The position numbers and the translations under genes were made by a program. The notes beneath the pieces were generated by a model. That model was not told the origin of the DNA and did no database searches. It saw only the letters and a list, made by a program, of their open reading frames with translations. 64,000 nt of DNA, from positions 7,826 to 71,825 of IMG/VR virus record IMGVR_UViG_3300042402_002687. One strand, written 5' to 3'. The DNA is from a virus. Shown piece by piece: positions 56,710 through 64,000 of the stretch; the stretch's first letter is position 1; the number at the start of each line of letters is the position of its first letter.

Positions 56710-57540
56710 ATGTCTAATCAAAACCTTGATGATAAGCAAATTGATAACCTATTGAAATCATTAACCGAGTGGTTTGGTGAAAAATGGGTTGATATTTCTA
56801 GACCAAAAAAAGGTGGTGGATTTGAGCCTTGTGGTCGCAATGATGCGAAGACTGGTAAATATCCTAAGTGTGTTCCTGCTTCAAAAGCAGCAAGAATGAC
56901 ACCGGAAGAGATTGCATCCGCTGTACGCAGAAAAAGAACAGCGGAATCAACACAGACAAGGGATGGCAAGAAACCAATCAATGTCTCGACAGATAAAGAA
57001 AAGATTGAAAAAGCAAATGTACCAACAGACCCAGCTCTCTATGCTAGAGTTAAAGCTGAGGCTAAAGCTAAATTTGATGTTTACCCCTCTGCCTATGCGA
57101 ATGCATGGCTGGTTCGTGAATATAAAAAAAGAGGAGGAGGTTACAGGGTGACAAAAGAGAATGTTGAAAAGGTTGCAGAAGACCTTTCAGAAGAAGAAGC
57201 AGCGCTTGCAGATGCCTTGGTGACAATTGCATCCAACTATGGCAAATTCAATGAAGATGAAACAGGAATTTGGGCTGGCTATGATAGTCCAGAAGAAAAT
57301 GAAGTTAAAAGTATTGGAGTTAAGTGCTCAAATTGTGTTCTATATGAAGGTGATGGTGTTTGTAAGATTATTGCCCAGCAAGTAGAAGAAGAAGGGAAAT
57401 GCAGGTTTGCTGTAATCCCAGATGGACTCGTAATGCCAGAAATGGATGATGAATACGAAGAAGAGGATGACGAAGAAGGAAATTCAATGTCTACCCTCAT
57501 CTCTATGATTAGAGATTTATTAAATAATAAGGAGAAATAA
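56710..57540 (+). CDS. Three-domain protein (two basic mini-domains and a 4-Cys domain); candidate capsid-internal protein
   Basis: WFGEKWVD...KYPKCVP; PTDPALY...PSAYANAWLVREYKKRGGGY; CSNC-x9-C-x12-C. Confidence 0.7.
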   Translation: MSNQNLDDKQIDNLLKSLTEWFGEKWVDISRPKKGGGFEPCGRNDAKTGKYPKCVPASKAARMTPEEIASAVRRKRTAESTQTRDGKKPINVSTDKEKIEKANVPTDPALYARVKAEAKAKFDVYPSAYANAWLVREYKKRGGGYRVTKENVEKVAEDLSEEEAALADALVTIASNYGKFNEDETGIWAGYDSPEENEVKSIGVKCSNCVLYEGDGVCKIIAQQVEEEGKCRFAVIPDGLVMPEMDDEYEEEDDEEGNSMSTLISMIRDLLNNKEK

Positions 57541-57541
57541 T

Positions 57542-57925
57542 ATGAAATATAATATGGAAAAAATGGCTAAAGACCACCAAGCAATGAAGTCTTGGCATGA
57601 AACAATGGCTAAGTCTTCAGCAGAATCGATGCAGGATCATATCAAAGCAGCAGCTTGGCATGAATCTCAGACAGACATGATTAAAGGAATGATGAGTGAA
57701 GTACCTCTTGACCCAGAGAAGAAAGTTACTTCAATTCCTACAGCCGGATCAGCTTCCACACCAACTTCTGGTGCCGGTAAGACAGCTCCGACCAAAGAAG
57801 TCCCTCTTGACCCAAATACTGTCAAGAAATCAGACCTGATTGCGATCCTTGAAGAGCACACTGCACTTCATGGTGATTTTGACATGGAAGTTAATGCAAT
57901 TGCCAATTTCTTGATTAACGAGTAA
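57542..57925 (+). CDS. Hypothetical protein with internal repeats
   Basis: DH....WHE twice, EVPLDP twice; AAGGAG RBS. Confidence 0.7.
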   Translation: MKYNMEKMAKDHQAMKSWHETMAKSSAESMQDHIKAAAWHESQTDMIKGMMSEVPLDPEKKVTSIPTAGSASTPTSGAGKTAPTKEVPLDPNTVKKSDLIAILEEHTALHGDFDMEVNAIANFLINE

Positions 57926-57928
57926 TCA

Positions 57929-58120
57929 ATGGATGTTGGAGTAAGTGTTGCTATAATTACTGGGATATTTTCAGTACTTGTAACACTAATACAGAAAGCA
58001 AGACGAGAGAATAAGTCAGACCACAACATGGTTTATGAATCCTTACAGGATTTGAAAACTGATGTTCGTGATGTTGGCACAAAATTAGACAATCATATTG
58101 ATTGGCATTTAAAAAAATAG
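57929..58120 (+). CDS. Small membrane-anchored coiled-coil protein
   Basis: N-terminal TM, C-terminal KLDNHIDWH. Confidence 0.7.
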   Translation: MDVGVSVAIITGIFSVLVTLIQKARRENKSDHNMVYESLQDLKTDVRDVGTKLDNHIDWHLKK

Positions 58121-58124
58121 ATTT

Positions 58125-58195
58125 GATATAGCGCTTTAGGCAGTCGTATTTCGTAAGATTATGATTGAAAATTAAGGCGCTATATCTATTTTTTT
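58125..58195 (+). terminator. Long interrupted hairpin with U-tail
   Basis: 14-bp outer stem (58125-58138/58173-58186), 8-bp inner stem with G-U pairs, GUAA loop, then TATTTTTTT. Confidence 0.65.
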
Positions 58196-58226
58196 ATTCA
58201 AAAATCCCCCATCTTTTATAAAATCG

Positions 58227-58239
58227 TGGTATCCTACTG
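58227..58239 (+). promoter_or_regulatory. Extended -10 promoter TGGTATCCTACTG
   Basis: Near-identical to 54918-54930; directly after a terminator. Confidence 0.55.
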
Positions 58240-58262
58240 TTGAGCAACAGGAAGGAAAAACA

Positions 58263-58682
58263 ATGCTAACAAGAGCTCAAATTGAAACATATGTCAAAGA
58301 AATCCCAGAGGCTATCGACCCCGAGGATCTTAGGGCCGCCTATGCGACCATTACTGGCTTTGCCGAAGATAAGTCTATTAAAGAGATTCAGTCTTATTAT
58401 TCACTAAGTTCAGAAAAGGTTGATCAATGGATGAATTATTTCAAATTCAACACGGTCAGATCTGAAAATGCTGGTAAGCGCAGTTCCAAAACAAAGAAGA
58501 TTGAAAATTATCTTAAGGAAAATACTGGTAAGATTGTGACTCCAAAACAAGTTGCGGAAGATGTAGGAATGTCATTGCCAACTTTTTATAATTTCTATAA
58601 TGCAAATATGGGATACTTCAAAAAAGTAAAGCGTGGAAGTTTTGAAATCTTAGACCCTAGGCAAGAGAGGGCTAAAAAATAA
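58263..58682 (+). CDS. HTH DNA-binding protein
   Basis: TPKQVAEDVGMSLPTFYNF winged-HTH-like pattern. Confidence 0.65.
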   Translation: MLTRAQIETYVKEIPEAIDPEDLRAAYATITGFAEDKSIKEIQSYYSLSSEKVDQWMNYFKFNTVRSENAGKRSSKTKKIENYLKENTGKIVTPKQVAEDVGMSLPTFYNFYNANMGYFKKVKRGSFEILDPRQERAKK

Positions 58683-58858
58683 TGTCTGCTGAATCTGTTA
58701 TCCAAAAACTTGACGAGGCATGCAAGTATGTTGAGCAAGATATCTATCGCTCAGTAATGTCTGAAGCCGCGTCTGAAATCGAAAGACTGAAAGCTTATAT
58801 TCTAGACCTTGAGTCTTCGGTTAGATATTTGACACTGCAATCGACTAAGGGACTGTAA
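58682..58858 (+). CDS. Small coiled-coil protein (58 aa; not in ORF track)
   Basis: MSAESVIQKLDEACKY...EAASEIERLKAYILDLE...; TAATG overlap. Confidence 0.7.
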   Translation: MSAESVIQKLDEACKYVEQDIYRSVMSEAASEIERLKAYILDLESSVRYLTLQSTKGL

Positions 58859-58872
58859 AAGGAGCAACACTA

Positions 58873-58947
58873 ATGGAACTCGTTCTTAGTGCAATAGCTA
58901 TTGGTTGTTTTGCTGCTATTATTTTAATTTGGATTAGCGGTCCATGA
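58873..58947 (+). CDS. 24-aa single-TM micropeptide
   Basis: AAGGAG RBS; MELVLSAIAIGCFAAIILIWISGP*; ATGA overlap with next gene. Confidence 0.6.
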   Translation: MELVLSAIAIGCFAAIILIWISGP

Positions 58948-59549
58948 CAACTATTGTTGCAATACAAGGTGATGGATATGCTGTTATCGGTACAGATTCA
59001 CGAATCTCATCTTTTGACGAAACCGGAATGGCTTATCAAATAACAACTCTTGGAACAGGGACATCAAAGATTGCATCAGTTGGCCGTTACTTGCTTGGGG
59101 CAGCGGGAGATGTAAGAGCAATTAACATCCTTCATCACGCATTTAGTCCTCCAGTGCCATCTTTCAAGACCTCTGGCGCAAACCTAGATCAGTTCATTAC
59201 ACAAAGGTTTATTCCGGCACTAAGGGAATGCTTTGAGCAGACTGGTTACGCAATGCCCGACAATGATGAGAAGACTCACATTGCAGAGCAGGCTTCTACA
59301 ATTCTTGTTGTGATAAATGGTGTGATATATATAATTGATGGGGACTACTCTTGGACTTCTGACCGCACTGGGGTTTATGCAATTGGTACTGGTTCCTCAT
59401 ACGCCCTTGGTGCCATACAAGCCATTGCCGGAGGGAAACAATTGCAAATACCTAAAGCAAAACTTGCTATTAATAAAGCACTTTCGATAACATCCAAATT
59501 TGATCCATACACAGGTTCTCCATTCCATATTTATGTGCAGGAGCAATGA
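58944..59549 (+). CDS. HslV/proteasome beta-subunit-like Ntn protease
   Basis: M-TTIVAI...GTDSRIS...SKI...GAAG...AIGTGSSYALGA...DPYTG. Confidence 0.85.
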   Translation: MTTIVAIQGDGYAVIGTDSRISSFDETGMAYQITTLGTGTSKIASVGRYLLGAAGDVRAINILHHAFSPPVPSFKTSGANLDQFITQRFIPALRECFEQTGYAMPDNDEKTHIAEQASTILVVINGVIYIIDGDYSWTSDRTGVYAIGTGSSYALGAIQAIAGGKQLQIPKAKLAINKALSITSKFDPYTGSPFHIYVQEQ

Positions 59550-59722
59550 TGGCTGTCTACGATTACAAATGCATAAATGGTCACATGTATACAGAAATTA
59601 GATCAATTAAAGAAGACCAAAGAAGAGTTGAGTGCGAATACTGTGGAGAATTTCTTAAACAAGTTTACACACCACCCCTTATGCAATTAAAGGGAACTGG
59701 CTTTTATCGGAATAACCGATGA
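59549..59722 (+). CDS. FmdB-family zinc-ribbon protein (57 aa; not in ORF track)
   Basis: MAVYDYKCINGH...CEYCG...LKGTGFY; GGAG RBS. Confidence 0.8.
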   Translation: MAVYDYKCINGHMYTEIRSIKEDQRRVECEYCGEFLKQVYTPPLMQLKGTGFYRNNR

Positions 59723-59745
59723 TGTATAATATTTATGACACCCTT

Positions 59746-59841
59746 TGTGTCTGTTGCGCAAGTGCAGGCTACCTTGGGACCGTTATAGTACACATGAAAG
59801 CCCCGGAACTATCCCTACGCAAGTAAATAGCCGGGGTTTTC
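59746..59841 (+). ncRNA. Candidate structured RNA (three-way junction plus terminator-like hairpin, two GCAA tetraloops)
   Basis: Manual pairing; G-U pairs favour the + strand; TATAAT at 59725-59730. Confidence 0.5.
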
Positions 59842-59860
59842 GAACTAAGAAAAGGAAAAT

Positions 59861-61045
59861 ATGACAAAATTAATATCAGAGATTGATATGCCAACAACTA
59901 AAACAAATATATTGGCATCGGACTTAACAAAATATCAACAAGTTGAAGAAAATTTAAAAATTGGTAAAGAGTCTTGGATTGCATCTTTTGGGTTTGGCTA
60001 TGTTTTATACCATCAAGAGGATATACGCAAAATTTTACTAGATCAAAGATGGCATAACGCTTTAGTATTTTATGCTGCGGTTAATAAAACTGACGAACCT
60101 GAAAAAGACGAGTATTATAAAAAAAGAAGAACTAATATCTTAATAAATTTAGAAGGAGATGACCACGCAAGACTAAGAAGTTTAGTCGCTCCATCTTTTA
60201 CTCCCAAGAATGTTGCTTACTTAAAACCATTTATTAACTGGATTACAAACAAAATGATTGACGACATCCTTGTAAACAAAAAATTTGATATACAAAAAGA
60301 TTTATTCCACAACCTTCCGGTTTATGTCTTATGCCAATTAACAGGGCTTCCGGCGAAAGATATTGAAATCTTTAATGTATGGGTAGAGAAGGCTTTCAGA
60401 ACTTTTGGTCTAAATGACCGTGAAGAAATTCAGAGAATTAGAAAAGAACAGCAAATAATTGATGACTATGTTTTGAATTTAATTGAAGAAAGAAGGAGAA
60501 ACCCTCAAAATGATCTTATAACCCAATTAGTTCAAGCGGAGGAGTCCGGAGACATATTGACCAACGAAGAGGTCGTTATGCTTATTCAAGTTATCATGTC
60601 AAGCGGAATTGATACGACCAGATGTCAGCTTGGCCTATGTTTATCTTATTTTGCAAACAATCCAGATAAATGGGAAGAAGCAATCGGTAGCGAAGAATCT
60701 ATGAACAGACTTCTAGAAGAGGCTATGGCTTTTGATGGAACTATTCGTAATGTAGGTAGGTTTGCTTCAGAGGATATTGTCTATAAAGACATACTGTTCC
60801 CAAAGGGCACATTTGTTGTTCCTGCTTTAAACATCTCTAATATAAATGAGACTGATAAGAAACCACTTACTTTTGGACTAGGGATTCATCACTGTCTAGG
60901 TACAGCGTTAGCTCGCCTTGAGATTCAAGAAGTTTTCTCAATTCTCGCCAAGAGAATTCCTTCCTTCCGTGTTGATAGCATTGAGTATAAAGAGACAACA
61001 GATGCCATCTGGGGTCTTAAGTCTCTTGTAATAGAAGTTGAGTAA
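59861..61045 (+). CDS. Cytochrome P450 (atypical)
   Basis: DHARLR..VAPSFTPK, I-helix SGIDTT, heme motif FGLGIHHCLG..LARLE. Confidence 0.93.
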   Translation: MTKLISEIDMPTTKTNILASDLTKYQQVEENLKIGKESWIASFGFGYVLYHQEDIRKILLDQRWHNALVFYAAVNKTDEPEKDEYYKKRRTNILINLEGDDHARLRSLVAPSFTPKNVAYLKPFINWITNKMIDDILVNKKFDIQKDLFHNLPVYVLCQLTGLPAKDIEIFNVWVEKAFRTFGLNDREEIQRIRKEQQIIDDYVLNLIEERRRNPQNDLITQLVQAEESGDILTNEEVVMLIQVIMSSGIDTTRCQLGLCLSYFANNPDKWEEAIGSEESMNRLLEEAMAFDGTIRNVGRFASEDIVYKDILFPKGTFVVPALNISNINETDKKPLTFGLGIHHCLGTALARLEIQEVFSILAKRIPSFRVDSIEYKETTDAIWGLKSLVIEVE

Positions 61046-61274
61046 AGTGAGACTATCAATAATAGATAATGCAGAATACAAAATACTATTATATCAACAC
61101 GAAGAACTAAAGAAGGAAAATAAACTCCTCAAAGAAGAACTTGCCTATTTTGATATTGGTAAAATTTTGCTTGGTGCAAACCCTGTGGTTGGTAAAATCG
61201 ATGCAGAGTCATCAAACAAGGTGTATGATTCGATTAAGGAAAGATACAGATTAGCCCAAATTTTGGGCATGTAG
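61038..61274 (+). CDS. Hypothetical coiled-coil protein
   Basis: Overlaps the P450 stop. Confidence 0.55.
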   Translation: MSKVRLSIIDNAEYKILLYQHEELKKENKLLKEELAYFDIGKILLGANPVVGKIDAESSNKVYDSIKERYRLAQILGM

Positions 61275-61299
61275 AATAGTTGGAAAGAAAGAAAAAATA

Positions 61300-62016
61300 A
61301 TGAAAATTGAAGGTTCTGTAGTATTAGTTACAGGTGCAAATCGTGGATTAGGCGCAGAGTATGTTCGTCAATTATTAGATAGAGGGGCATCAAAAGTTTA
61401 TGCCAGTGCTCGTAATATTGAATCAGTAACAAACACTGGGGCTGTACCGATCTCTCTTGATGTAACAAGTGCGAGTGATATTGCTGCTGCTGTGGAAGCG
61501 TGTGGTGATGTCACTATGTTAATCAATAATGCTGGTATCGTTCGGGGTAACTCTATTTTGTCTGACAATTCTCTAGAGCATGCAAGAGCTGAATTTGAAA
61601 CCAATGTATGGGGTCCGTTTAATATGTCGAGAGGTTTTGCACCAGTATTGGCAAAAAACGGAGGAGGAGTTGTTGTTAATGTTCTTTCAGCAGCAGCATG
61701 GTTTAGTGTTAAGGAGATAGCGACATATGCCATGTCCAAGTCTGCAGCTTGGTCCTTAACCAACGGACTTCGCTTAGAGCTTGCACAATACAATACTCTT
61801 GTTGTTGCAGTGCATGCTGGCTTTATTGATACAGATATGGCAGCTAATGTTAAGGCGGATAAAGTTTCTACTTTCCAAGTGGTGGAGAGAACACTTGATG
61901 CAGTAGAAGCAGGCATGCCAGAAGTTCTTGCAGATGATGGATGTATTTTTGTAAAAAACAATCTTCCAAACCATATTGAAACCTTTTACCCTCTAATTGC
62001 TGGATTACATCTTTAA
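61300..62016 (+). CDS. Short-chain dehydrogenase/reductase
   Basis: TGANRGLG, NNAG, catalytic S and YAMSK, GFIDTDM. Confidence 0.95.
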   Translation: MKIEGSVVLVTGANRGLGAEYVRQLLDRGASKVYASARNIESVTNTGAVPISLDVTSASDIAAAVEACGDVTMLINNAGIVRGNSILSDNSLEHARAEFETNVWGPFNMSRGFAPVLAKNGGGVVVNVLSAAAWFSVKEIATYAMSKSAAWSLTNGLRLELAQYNTLVVAVHAGFIDTDMAANVKADKVSTFQVVERTLDAVEAGMPEVLADDGCIFVKNNLPNHIETFYPLIAGLHL

Positions 62017-62017
62017 T

Positions 62018-62710
62018 ATGCTAAACACAAGTGTTCATGAGCTATTTCCGACTCTTTTGACGGAAACAAAATATGACATGAATCAAAAAATTTTAGATAT
62101 TATCTACGATAATTGGAAAACTCACTACACAAATGGTTATTCAAATGAAGGGACTGGAAATCTAGATATTCATACTGATGAATCTTTTAGGGATCTTTAT
62201 ATTTTTCTAAATAAATGTGTCATAGAGTATCTTAAAGTTATGGGTATATCTGGTGAAAATTTTAATATTAATTTTGTAAAGTCTTGGTTCAATTCACTAG
62301 AGAATATACCTACACCTATGCACTGTCATGCTGATGCTCACATATCAGTTGTTTATTATGCACAAACTCCACCAAATACAGATCAAATTATTCGTTTCAA
62401 CGCTCTTAATGAGTCAAGAGAATTATTTCATGGCGCAGCTCGAAACAATTCATTTGAGATGAATAAATTTAATTCAGCTGTATACGCTGTGGCACCAACA
62501 GAAGGAACCGCATTGGTATTTCCGGCTCGTGTTTTCCACGATACCATTGGGGCAAATAAAGGATTTCACAAAGAAGAACCCCCTGTAAATACAGAGAATG
62601 ACTTAAGAAGGAAAAGGATATGTATTGCTTCTGATGTTATATTAACATATAAAGAAAAGTCTAATAAATCTTTAGGACTTCAGCCAGTTTCGCAGTGGAG
62701 AAGGTTTTAA
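62018..62710 (+). CDS. Putative 2OG-Fe(II) oxygenase
   Basis: SWFN, HCH...ISVVYY, EGTALVFPARVFH, RICIA. Confidence 0.85.
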   Translation: MLNTSVHELFPTLLTETKYDMNQKILDIIYDNWKTHYTNGYSNEGTGNLDIHTDESFRDLYIFLNKCVIEYLKVMGISGENFNINFVKSWFNSLENIPTPMHCHADAHISVVYYAQTPPNTDQIIRFNALNESRELFHGAARNNSFEMNKFNSAVYAVAPTEGTALVFPARVFHDTIGANKGFHKEEPPVNTENDLRRKRICIASDVILTYKEKSNKSLGLQPVSQWRRF

Positions 62711-62711
62711 C

Positions 62712-63245
62712 TTGATGATACAAATATTTGAAGACTTTATATCCAAGGAGCTGGAGGATACCCTCCTTAATTTTGTATCCAGCAATGCATTCCCATATCG
62801 TTTCCAAGATATTCATAATGGGGCACCTGTCTCATCCAAACAACTCACCCATCATATCTTTATGGCCGGTGAAGAGAGACAATCCCCTCACTACCCGATT
62901 ATTTCTCCGTTACTAGAATCTATCCAAGATTTATACGGAGACATACTTTTATATAGGGCGAAGGTTAATGTCACAATGCCAAACCCCTCTGGCAACCCCC
63001 AGACACCGCACACTGATTTGAAATTGGAAGACGGTGGTTTGATTCCACATCTTGTTTGTTTATACTATGTAAACGATTCAGATGGTCCTACCTACTTCTA
63101 TGATGACGACCTAAATGTTATAGAAGAGATACACCCCCGAAAAGGAACGGCGGTTATATTTGATGGGGATATACTTCATGCAGGTAGTAATCCAATTACA
63201 ACCCCTTTCCGGTTTGCGATAAATATAAATTTCCTTCCGTCATAA
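62712..63245 (+). CDS. 2OG-Fe(II) oxygenase
   Basis: PHTD, LYYVNDSDGPT, FDGDILHAG, RFAININ. Confidence 0.88.
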   Translation: MMIQIFEDFISKELEDTLLNFVSSNAFPYRFQDIHNGAPVSSKQLTHHIFMAGEERQSPHYPIISPLLESIQDLYGDILLYRAKVNVTMPNPSGNPQTPHTDLKLEDGGLIPHLVCLYYVNDSDGPTYFYDDDLNVIEEIHPRKGTAVIFDGDILHAGSNPITTPFRFAININFLPS

Positions 63246-63392
63246 GAATTACCGACATCTTATGGTAGTATGATGTCACCCCCCTTCAACAGTGGGCCAC
63301 GAAAGATACTAATCGGTTTGACCTGTTTGACCTGGTATTGGTGGCATTGCCGATTGTATGGGGATTTCCCAAAGGAGTCATAAAGGAGTACC

Positions 63393-63881
63393 ATGAGAAA
63401 GCTATTTAAGAGAATTAGACACAAGCGCAAAATGAAGAGCGTTGAGCGCATGATCATCCGTGAGATCCATAAGATGAGAAATGAACGAGTTGCCCACCTT
63501 AACTCTATTAAGCCTCTAAAGGATCACTTGGAAAAGAATAAGCTAGAAACTTTAAACCCGAAATTTAAATCAAACTACTCCTATCCTAATATCGATAAGA
63601 AGTTCTATGAAGACTTAGCAAAGTACCGTAGAGAAGAATTTGAGAAGAATAAGCATAATCCCAATCTATCCCCTCTACCTCGACACGATACCTCACAATT
63701 TAACAAGCTTATGATGAGTGAAGATCTAGAGAAATATAAGGTTAAACATCCCAACCCCAAATTTCAAGCCAACGAGAAATTCAATTTTATTTTTCGCAAT
63801 AAGTTAAACTTTCAAGAGAATGTCATCTATGACTACGATGAAGACCAGGATGACACTGATGACAACCCAGAAGTCTTCTAA
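63393..63881 (+). CDS. Hypothetical basic protein
   Basis: AAGGAG RBS; internal NPKF / EDLxKY repeats; acidic tail. Confidence 0.6.
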   Translation: MRKLFKRIRHKRKMKSVERMIIREIHKMRNERVAHLNSIKPLKDHLEKNKLETLNPKFKSNYSYPNIDKKFYEDLAKYRREEFEKNKHNPNLSPLPRHDTSQFNKLMMSEDLEKYKVKHPNPKFQANEKFNFIFRNKLNFQENVIYDYDEDQDDTDDNPEVF

Positions 63882-64000
63882 GCCATTTTCTAATCAACCA
63901 TCCCCTACCGTTTAATACCGGCAATCTTTTTACAAATTTTAATATTTTTGGAAAATTGAGTACATATTTTTACAATGTTACTTACGATTTCAGTCGTACA

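Noticed and set aside
61398-61961. 187-aa minus-strand ORF
   Set aside because: Antisense shadow of the SDR gene, with no motifs
1-64000. tRNA genes, CRISPR arrays, integrase, alternative genetic code
   Set aside because: No cloverleaf/T-loop or repeat-spacer pattern recognised in the short intergenic gaps; no recombinase motifs; genes are full length in the standard code and all three stops are used
63882-64000. AT-rich end with TTTTTACAA twice and a small hairpin
   Set aside because: Truncated by the window edge; too little context to call a promoter or genome terminus

Overview
The window is a 64-kb segment of a large, AT-rich, siphovirus-like tailed phage, most likely infecting an actinobacterium (WhiB gene, many leaderless -10/ATG arrangements, a Thr-rich secreted protein). 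Positions 1-54760 are almost all minus-strand. Reading by coordinate, they hold a DnaE/primase/DnaB/SSB replication module, tail genes with a 4331-aa tape measure protein, head-tail genes, a halogenase/2OG-oxygenase cassette, a run of small fibre/decoration genes, lysis and membrane genes, capsid/protease/portal, a class II RNR and a GT4 glycosyltransferase. A ~10-bp-periodic AT-rich repeat array at the strand switch (54771-54860) may be an origin. The plus-strand arm carries thyX, putative capsid-cargo proteins, an HslV-like protease, a structured RNA candidate and a P450-SDR-2OG oxygenase cluster. The most notable unannotated signals are: (1) a 31-aa, 9-Cys metallothionein-like gene missed by the ORF track; (2) a chain of fibre proteins with matching C- and N-terminal motifs, ending in a Gly-rich protein with a 26-His insert, directly upstream of a halogenase and a hydroxylase; (3) recurrent hydrophobic-x-K-[AS] motifs at domain boundaries, suggesting protease-processed capsid cargo; (4) a P450 lacking the ExxR Arg and the meander; (5) a three-way-junction RNA. 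All calls come from motif reading by eye; no searches were run.
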